From positions 1 to 64,000 of the forward strand of contig CAVQSP010000003.1 of NCBI GenBank assembly GCA_963715985.1: a DNA stretch of 64,000 nucleotides, given 5' to 3'. The position numbers and the translations under genes are program-made. This DNA is from an uncultured Thermoleophilia bacterium. GTDB taxonomy: Bacteria; Actinomycetota; Thermoleophilia; UBA2241. Shown one piece after another: positions 56,509-64,000 of this stretch (the stretch's first letter is position 1; each line of letters begins with the position of its first letter). The notes beneath the pieces were generated by a model that ran no database searches, had not been told where the DNA came from, and worked only from the letters and a program-made list of their open reading frames with translations.

Positions 56509-57981
56509 GTGAAACGCAATCTCCATGCCGGCCGCCGCCGCAGCGGCGGCCTGCGCCTCGACGTCTTCACCGACGACGAGCTCTCCGACATCCATCTGGC
56601 GACGCTGGACGTGCTCGAGCGCACCGGGGTCGGCGTCGAGAGCGAGGAGGCGCAGGAGATCTTCGCCGGGGCCGGCGCCCGCGTGCAGAGCGACGGGATC
56701 GTCAAGATCCCCGGCCACGTCGTCGAGGAGGCGATCGCCAGCACTCCGTCGCGGCTCGTCTGCTACGGGCGCGACCCCAAGCACGACATCGTGCTCGAGG
56801 ACGGGCGCGTCGGCTTCACCAACTTCGGCGAGGGCATCCAGGTCATCGATCCCTACACCGGCGAGCTGCGCCAGACCGGCAAGCAGGACGTCGCCGACTG
56901 CTCGCGGATCATCGACGCACTGCCCGAGATCGACGTCATCGAGCGGCCGCTGGGGGCGCACGACGTGCCGGAGGCCACCGGTCCGCTTCACAACGCCGAC
57001 GCCATCATGACCAACTGCTCGAAGCACGCCTTCATCGGCCCCCTGACCGGCTACCTCGCGAGCCGCATGCGCGAGATGGCAGCCGCCATCGCCGGCGGCG
57101 CCGAGAAGCTGCGCGAGCGGCCGATCCTCTCGTACGTGATCTGTCCGGTGGCGCCGCTCGGGATGATCCGCGACGTCTGCGACATCATCATCGACGGCGC
57201 CCGCAACCACGTGCCTATCACGCCGGTCTCGATCGTCATGGCCGGCGGCTCCTCGCCCATGAACCTGGCGGGCGCCGTGGTCACGACCAACGCCGAGATC
57301 CTGGGCTGCCTGACGCTGGCCCAGCTGACCCGCAAGGGGACGCCGGTCGTGTACGGAAGCTCATCGTCCTCGATGGACCTCCGCTACGCCTCCGCCTCCG
57401 TGGGCAGCCCCGAGTGCGGCCTCATCAACGCCGCCATCGCCTGTATGGCGCGCGCCTACCTCCTGCCCAGCTGGGTCGCGGGGCAGTAGGGCGACTCCAA
57501 AGTGGTGGATGCCCAGTCCGGCCACGAGAAGACCCTCACCGGTCTGCTGACGGCGTTGGCAGGTGCCAACCTCATCTACGGTGCGGGGATGCTCGAGAGC
57601 GGCATGACCATCGATTACGGCCAGCTCGTCATGGACGCCGAGTTCGCGCGTCTCATCAAGTACACGGTCGCCGGCGTGCCGGTCAGCGACGAGACGCTCT
57701 CGCTCGACGTGATCAACGACGTCGGCCCCTTCCACGACTTCCTCAGCCACGCCGACACCCTGCGCCACATGCGCACCCAGAGCCAGCCCACGCTCATCGA
57801 CCGCCGCGTCCGCGAGGAGTGGAGCGCCGACGGTTCGACGACCATCCACGAGCGTGCCACGGCCCGCGCCCGCGAGATCCTCGAGACCCACGTGCCCACG
57901 CCGCTGCCCGAGGGCGCCGCCGCCGAGATGGCCGCCATCATCGCCGACGCAGAGCGGCACCTGGGGGTGACGAAAGCATGA
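56509..57981 (+). CDS. mttB: Pyrrolysine-containing MttB-family methyltransferase, copy 2 (in-frame TAG 57487-57489, codon 327 of 490)
   Basis: ORFs 56509..57489 and 57502..57981 are in the same frame and separated only by TAG-GGC-GAC-TCC-AAA; WVAGQ-O-GDSKVVDAQSGHEK. Confidence 0.95.
57376..57972 (+). repeat. About 600-bp direct repeat, apparently identical to 62409..63005 (3' halves of mttB copies 2 and 3)
   Basis: Constant offset of 5033 nt; sequences matched wherever compared by eye and the translated C-termini are identical up to HLGVT. Confidence 0.85.
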
Positions 57982-59370
57982 ACGACATGACGCACATCGA
58001 GCCCGACCCTGCTCGGGAGCAGCGCATCCGCGACCTCGACCGCGAGTACGTCCTGCACTCCTGGTCCGTGCAGTCGCAGATCAGGCCGCTGCCTGTGGCC
58101 GGCGCCGACGGGCGCTACTTCTGGGACTACGAGGGCAAGCGCTATCTCGACTTCTCGTCTCAGCTCGTCAACGTCAACATCGGGCATCAGCACGCCAAGG
58201 TGGTCGAGGCGATCGTGGAGCAGGCGCGCACGCTCTGCACGATCGCGCCCTCCGTGGCGAACGAGAAGCGCTCGGAGCTCGCCCGGCTGCTGGCCGAAGT
58301 CACGCCGGGCAACCTCAAAGCGTCCTTCTTCACCAACGGCGGCGCGGAGGCCAACGAGAACGCCATCAAGCTCGCCCGCTGGTACACGGGCAGGCAGAAG
58401 ATCATCGCCCGCTACCGCTCGTACCACGGGGCCACGGCCGGCGCCATCGCGCTGACCGGCGACCCCCGTCGCTGGCCCGCCGAGCCGAGCATCCCGGGCG
58501 TGGTGCGCATGTTCGACCCCTACACCTACCGCTGCTCGGCCGGGCGACGGGGCGAGACCGTGGCCGAGCACGTGGCCGCCTGCCCCGTGTGCGCGGGCGG
58601 CCCTCACCTGGAGGAGATCCTCCAGTACGAGGGGCCGCACACGGTGGCCGCGGTGATCCTCGAAACGGTCACCGGCACCAACGGCATCATCGTCCCGCCG
58701 GACGGTTACCTGCAGTCGATGCGCGAGGTGTGCGACCGCCACGGCGTCCTGCTCATCCTCGACGAGGTCATGGCCGGCTTCGGGCGCACCGGCACGCTGG
58801 TTCGCCTGCGACCACTGGGACGTCATGCCCGACATCATGACGGTAGCCAAGGGCATCAACTCAGGCTACGTACCGCTCGGGGCGATGGTCGTCAGCGAGC
58901 CCATCGCCGAGTGGCTGCAGGACAAGTACCTCGCCGGCGGTCTCACGTACAGCGGGCACCCGCTGGCCTGTGCCTCGGCCGTGGCCTCCATCGAGGCGTT
59001 TCGTGAGGAGGGCATCGTCGAGAACGCCGCGGCGATGGGCGACGTCCTGGCGGTCGAGACGGCGGCGCTGGCCGCCCGGCATCCGTCGGTCGGTGAAGTG
59101 CGCGGCCTGGGCCTCTTCTGGGGTCTCGAGCTGGTGCGCGACCGGGAGACGCGCGAGCCCCTGGTGCCCTTCAACGCTGCCGGCGACGCAGCCGCGCCGA
59201 TGGCGCGCCTGGGGAAGGCGGCCATGGAGCGTGGCCTCCTCCTGATGACTCACTTCAACGTCCTCGTGATCTGCCCGCCTCTCACCATCACGCGCGAAGA
59301 GCTCGCGGAGGGTCTGGCCGTGATAGACGAGGTTCTCACGCTCTCCGACCTGGAGTGCGCCCAGCCATGA
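57978..59370 (+). CDS. Class III PLP aminotransferase (omega-amino acid/beta-alanine/taurine:pyruvate type); frameshift near 58797
   Basis: YLDFSSQLVNVNIGH, TNGGAEANENA, RSYHGAT, ILDEVMAGFGRTG, AKGINSGY (PLP Lys) and GLTYSGHP; ATGA overlap with mttB copy 2. Confidence 0.9.
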
Positions 59371-59434
59371 CCGCCCACTCCGCGCGACGAGGGATCAGCA
59401 CAGCACGGGCCCTGGCCCCGACGAAAGGATCGAC

Positions 59435-60934
59435 ATGAGCGTCGCACCCCCTGTGACTTTCAACCTCCTGGAGCCGCCGAAGCAGCACTACGGCGTGCTG
59501 CGCAACTTCATCGGTGGCAAGTGGGTGGACGTCGAGACCGACCGCGTCGTCGACGTGGACGACCCCGCAAGCGGCAAGGTCATCGCCCAGGTCCCCATCA
59601 GCACCACAGACCAGGTCAACGACGCCATCCAGGCAGCCCAGGACGGCTACCAGACCTGGCGCCGGACGCCCCCGGGGGACCGCGGCCGCTTCATGTTCGA
59701 GATCCGTGCGGCGATGCAGCGGCACGCGGAGGAGCTGTCCCGCCTGGTCACTCAAGAGAACGGCAAGGTCATCGCCGAGGGCCGCGGCGAGGCTATGCGG
59801 ACGATCGAAGCGGTCGAGACCGCCGCCGCCATCACGAGCCTCATGGGCGGCTATCAGCTCGAGGACGGCGCCGCCCGCAACATCGACGAGATGGTCGTGC
59901 GCCAGCCGCTCGGCGTCTGCGCCTGCATCACGCCGTTCAACTTCCCGATCATGATGACCGGCTTCTGGTGGCCTTACGCCATAGCCGCCGGCAACACCTT
60001 CGTGGTGAATCAGTCGAAACAAACGCCTATCACCATCACGCGCGTCTTCGAGATCATCGAGGAAGTGGGCCTTCCCGCCGGCGTCATGAACCTCGTGCAG
60101 GGCGACCGCACCGCCTCCGCGGCCTTCATGGACTCTCCGCAGATCAAGGCGGTCGGCTTCATCGGTTCGACCCCGGTCGCCAAGGAGATCTACCGCCGGG
60201 CCGGCGAGACCGGCAAGCGCTGCGTGGCCAACGGCGGCGCCAAGAACTTCGCCGTGTTCATGCCGGACGCCGACGTCGACCGCAACATGGGCAACCTGAT
60301 CACGAGCTTCTTCGGCTGCACGGGTCAGCGCTGCCTGGCCACCGCGGTGGTGCTGGCGGTCGGCGACGTCTACGACGAGCTCGTCGAGAAGTTCGTGGCC
60401 GCGACGCGGGCACTCAAGGTCGGCCCCGGGCTCGACGAGAGCGTCCACATCGGCCCCGTCATCTCGGCAGCGGCAAACGCCCGCATCCGCGACTACATCC
60501 AGAGCGGCATCGATCAAGGCGCCGAGCTTCTGGTGGACGGGCGCGACGTCGAAGTTCCGGGCTATGAGGGCGGCCACTATGTCGGGCCCACCATCTTCGA
60601 CAACTGCACCCCGGACATGACGATCTGTCAGGACGAGATATTCGGCCCCGTGGCGGCGATCGTGCGCGTCAAGGACCTCGACGAGGCGCTCGCCATCACC
60701 AACGCCTCCCCTTACGGCAATCAGGCCGTGATCTACACGAGCAACGGGGGCCATGCGCGCCGCTTCTGGTACGAGGTCGAGGCCGGAAACATCGGCGTGA
60801 ACATCGGCGTGGCCGCTCCGGTGGCGTATTACCCGTTCGCCGGCATGAAGGACTCACACTACGGCAACGGCTACGCGATGCGCGATTCGTTCGACCTGTT
60901 CACCGAGAAGAAAGTCGTCATCACCCGCTGGTAG
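59435..60934 (+). CDS. mmsA: CoA-acylating (methyl)malonate-semialdehyde dehydrogenase
   Basis: ITPFNFP, FIGSTPVA, GGAKNF, GCTGQRCLA, EIFGPV, YGNQAVIYT, GVNIGVAAP and KVVITRW; TAG stop. Confidence 0.88.
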   Translation: MSVAPPVTFNLLEPPKQHYGVLRNFIGGKWVDVETDRVVDVDDPASGKVIAQVPISTTDQVNDAIQAAQDGYQTWRRTPPGDRGRFMFEIRAAMQRHAEELSRLVTQENGKVIAEGRGEAMRTIEAVETAAAITSLMGGYQLEDGAARNIDEMVVRQPLGVCACITPFNFPIMMTGFWWPYAIAAGNTFVVNQSKQTPITITRVFEIIEEVGLPAGVMNLVQGDRTASAAFMDSPQIKAVGFIGSTPVAKEIYRRAGETGKRCVANGGAKNFAVFMPDADVDRNMGNLITSFFGCTGQRCLATAVVLAVGDVYDELVEKFVAATRALKVGPGLDESVHIGPVISAAANARIRDYIQSGIDQGAELLVDGRDVEVPGYEGGHYVGPTIFDNCTPDMTICQDEIFGPVAAIVRVKDLDEALAITNASPYGNQAVIYTSNGGHARRFWYEVEAGNIGVNIGVAAPVAYYPFAGMKDSHYGNGYAMRDSFDLFTEKKVVITRW

Positions 60935-60991
60935 GACTGGGCGCCGTTCGCCGGCGCCCGATCTCCGCGAGCGCGAGCTGGAGGAGTTTGG

Positions 60992-61348
60992 ATGGACAAG
61001 GACGCGATCCTCATCAAGAGCGGCGACGTCGCCCCCATCGTGCCGCCGAAGCACAGGAACACGGACACCTGGGTCATGGTGCGTCCGGCCACGACGGGCA
61101 ACACGCAGTGCGAGTTCTTCGTCACGGAGATGCGGCAGGGCGGCGGCGCCGACTGGGACACCCACCCGGGCTGCGAGCACATCTACTTCGTGATGGCCGG
61201 CCGCGCCAAGATGTGGGTGGAGGAAGAAGAGTTCGATCTGGAGCCCGGTGACTGTCTCCTGATGCGCGAGGGCGTCCGCCACAAGGTCGATGTGGTCGGC
61301 AGCGAGACCTTTCGCATCGGGGTGGTCTTCGCGCCGGGGCGCGTGTGA
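60992..61348 (+). CDS. Cupin-domain protein
   Basis: THPGCEHIYFVMAG and GVRHKV metal-binding cupin motifs; GGAGGAG RBS. Confidence 0.85.
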   Translation: MDKDAILIKSGDVAPIVPPKHRNTDTWVMVRPATTGNTQCEFFVTEMRQGGGADWDTHPGCEHIYFVMAGRAKMWVEEEEFDLEPGDCLLMREGVRHKVDVVGSETFRIGVVFAPGRV

Positions 61349-61541
61349 AGAGCTGCCGACAGACGCGATGCGCGCGCCGGGCGCTGAGCAAGGGAGCGGG
61401 CGGGACCGCTTGCGAACCGGACGTAACGGTGGTGAGCTTGAGCGAAGCGCGGCAAGGTCCACCGCCGCGGTCGGGCGCTTCAAGCAGCTCACGGGTATGG
61501 CCACCGTCGTCTGACGGGGCTCCGAGGAAGCGAGGACAGCA

Positions 61542-63014
61542 GTGAAACGCAATCTCCATGCCGGCCGCCGCCGCAGCGGCGGCCTGCGCCTCGACGTGTT
61601 CACCGACGACGAGCTCTCCGACATCCATCTCGGCACCCTCGACGTGCTCGAGCGCACCGGGGTCTACGTCGAGAGCGAGGAGGCCCAGGAGATCTTCGCC
61701 GGGGCCGGCGCCCGCGTCGGCGCGGACGGGGTCGTGAGGATCCCCGGCCACGTCGTCGAGGAGGCGATCGCCAGCACGCCCTCGCGGCTCGTCTGCTACG
61801 GCCGCGACCCCAAGCACGACGTCGTGCTCGAGGACGGGCGCGTGGGCTTCACCAACTTCGGCGAGGGCATCAACGTCGTCGACCCCTACACCGGCGAGCT
61901 GCGCCAGACCGTGAAGCAGGACGTCGCCGACTGCTCGCGGATCATCGACGCACTGCCCGAGATCGACGTCATCGAGCGGCCTCTGGGGGCGCACGACGTG
62001 CCCCAGGAGACGCAGCCTCTGCACAACGCCGAGGCGATCCTCACAAGCTGCTCGAAGCACGCCTTCATCGGCCCCATGACCGGCTACCTCGCGAGCCGCA
62101 TGCGCGAGATGGCGGCCGCCATCGCCGGCGGCGCCGAGAAGCTGCGCGAGCGGCCGATCCTCTCGTACATCACGTGTCCCATCAGCCCCCTCAAGATGGT
62201 GCAGGACGTCTGCGACATCGTCATGGAGGGCGCCCGCTCCGGCGTTCCCGTCAACGTCGTGTCCATGGCCATGGCCGGGGCGTCGTCCCCGGTGAACCTG
62301 GCCGGGACGTGCGTGTCACACAACGCCGAAGTGCTCTCCTGCCTCACGCTCGCCCAGCTCACGCAGAAGGGCGCGCCCATGGTCTACGGCAGTTCGACCA
62401 CGGGCATCGACCTCCGCTACGCCTCCGCCTCCGTGGGCAGCCCCGAGTGCGGCCTCATCAACGCCGCCATCGCCTGTATGGCGCGCGCCTACCTCCTGCC
62501 CAGCTGGGTCGCGGGGCAGTAGGGCGACTCCAAAGTGGTGGATGCCCAGTCCGGCCACGAGAAGACCCTCACCGGTCTGCTGACGGCGTTGGCAGGTGCC
62601 AACCTCATCTACGGTGCGGGGATGCTCGAGAGCGGCATGACCATCGATTACGGCCAGCTCGTCATGGACGCCGAGTTCGCGCGTCTCATCAAGTACACGG
62701 TCGCCGGCGTGCCGGTCAGCGACGAGACGCTCTCGCTCGACGTGATCAACGACGTCGGCCCCTTCCACGACTTCCTCAGCCACGCCGACACCCTGCGCCA
62801 CATGCGCACCCAGAGCCAGCCCACGCTCATCGACCGCCGCGTCCGCGAGGAGTGGAGCGCCGACGGTTCGACGACCATCCACGAGCGTGCCACGGCCCGC
62901 GCCCGCGAGATCCTCGAGACCCACGTGCCCACGCCGCTGCCCGAGGGCGCCGCCGCCGAGATGGCCGCCATCATCGCCGACGCAGAGCGGCACCTGGGGG
63001 TGACGGGGACATGA
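61542..63014 (+). CDS. mttB: Pyrrolysine-containing MttB-family methyltransferase, copy 3 (in-frame TAG 62520-62522, codon 327 of 490)
   Basis: ORFs 61542..62522 and 62535..63014 are in the same frame; WVAGQ-O-GDSKVVDAQSGHEK. Confidence 0.95.
62409..63005 (+). repeat. Second copy of the roughly 600-bp direct repeat (see 57376..57972)
   Basis: Apparently identical sequence at offset 5033. Confidence 0.85.
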
Positions 63015-63039
63015 CAGGGCGCCGCGGGAGGCAGGAGAC

Positions 63040-64000
63040 GTGAGGCGCAACGCCGCCACGGAGCGCCGGCCTCTCGTCGGCGTGAGCATGCAGGTGCTGA
63101 GCCAGGACGGCATCGACGACATCCACCTCGCGACGCTCGAGGTCCTGGCGCAGGCAGGAGTGTTCGTCGAATCCGACGATGCCCTGGATGTGCTGGCCGA
63201 CGGCGGCTGCCGGGTGGACAAGGCGACGAAGATGGTGCGCATACCGCCCCACGTCGTCGAGGACGCGGTTCGCTCGGCGCCCCCGACGCTCGTCCTGCAC
63301 GGACGAGACCGCGCACGCGACGTGGTCGTCGAGCGGGGGCGGGGTGTCTTCACGAGCTTCGGCGAGGGCATCTTCGTCATCGACCCCTTCACCGGCGAGC
63401 GCCGCGAGCCGCGCAAGGATGATGTCGCGGCCTCCGCCGCCGCGGTCGATGCCCTCGATGAGCTCGGCATCTGCAACCGTGCGCTCGGCGCCCACGACGT
63501 CCCCCAGGCGGTCGCCGCCCTGCATACGGCCGACGCGATCCTGCGCAACACGACCAAGCACGTCTTTCTCGGCCCGCAGCGCGGCTTCCTCGCGGAGAGT
63601 ATCGTGGGTCTGCAGGCGGTCATCCTGGGGTCCGCGGACGCCGTCCGCGAGCGTCCCCTGGTCACCTTCACCGCGTGCCCCGTGAGCCCACTCAAGCTGG
63701 CCCGTGACTGCTGCGAGGTCATCCTGGTGGCCGCTCGCAGCGGTGTCGGCGTCAACGTGGCCTCCATGGCCATGGCCGGCGGCTCATCGCCGATCACACT
63801 CGCCGGCACGCTGGTGACGCACAATGCCGAGGTGCTGGCCGGCATCACGCTCGCCCAGCTCGCCGAGCGGGGCGCGCCGGTGATCTACGGCAGCGTGAGC
63901 ACCGGCATGGACCTGCGCCTGGCGTCGGCGAGCGTCGGCTCACCCGAGCTCGCCCTCATCACCGCCGCGGTGGCGCAGCTGGCCCAGCACTACCGCCTGC
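63040..64000 (+). CDS. mttB: MttB-family methyltransferase of the same clade, copy 4 (3'-truncated by the window just before the Pyl position)
   Basis: GTG 63040 after AGGAG; frame open to the edge: IHLATLEVLAQAGV, FTSFGEG, CPVSPL, SMAMAGGSSPITLAG, VGSPE and LAQHYRL. Absent from the ORF track because it has no stop in the window. Confidence 0.88.
   Translation, partial: MRRNAATERRPLVGVSMQVLSQDGIDDIHLATLEVLAQAGVFVESDDALDVLADGGCRVDKATKMVRIPPHVVEDAVRSAPPTLVLHGRDRARDVVVERGRGVFTSFGEGIFVIDPFTGERREPRKDDVAASAAAVDALDELGICNRALGAHDVPQAVAALHTADAILRNTTKHVFLGPQRGFLAESIVGLQAVILGSADAVRERPLVTFTACPVSPLKLARDCCEVILVAARSGVGVNVASMAMAGGSSPITLAGTLVTHNAEVLAGITLAQLAERGAPVIYGSVSTGMDLRLASASVGSPELALITAAVAQLAQHYRL

Noticed and set aside
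53100-63014. ORFs 53100..53573, 57502..57981 and 62535..63014 as independent small genes, or the mttB copies as nonsense pseudogenes
   Set aside because: They are the in-frame C-terminal thirds of MttB, have no evident RBS, and the interrupting TAG sits at the Pyl column in all three.

Overview
High-GC bacterial DNA with many GTG starts and TetR/GntR/Lrp regulators. An anaerobic or facultative Actinomycetota-like host is my inference, not something the sequence shows. The window is one large catabolic region built around cobalamin-dependent N-demethylation: nine MttB-superfamily methyltransferase genes, one MtmB-family gene and three corrinoid proteins. These are interleaved with a ygcE/ygcU/ETF cluster, panB, aminotransferases, an aldehyde:ferredoxin oxidoreductase, GlpD, ornithine-cyclodeaminase-family genes, a propionyl-CoA/methylmalonyl-CoA operon, three amide hydrolases, an Opp/Dpp ABC importer, PrpE and MmsA. 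The main result is that three mttB paralogs (52106, 56509, 61542) each carry an in-frame TAG at codon 327, in the motif WVAG[LQ]-TAG-GDSKVVD. This is the position of pyrrolysine in methanogen MttB, so the ORF track has wrongly split them. The adjacent MtmB homolog has Met at its Pyl position, and five other MttBs have T/I/V/C there. A shared promoter-plus-palindrome architecture links the ABC importer, the mtmB operon and the prpE-mttB operon. This suggests a regulon for degrading an N-methylated amine or amino acid more complex than trimethylamine. No pylTSBCD genes, tRNA, rRNA, CRISPR array or transposase were recognised. About 15 single-base frameshifts look like long-read consensus errors, and I joined the affected genes across them.
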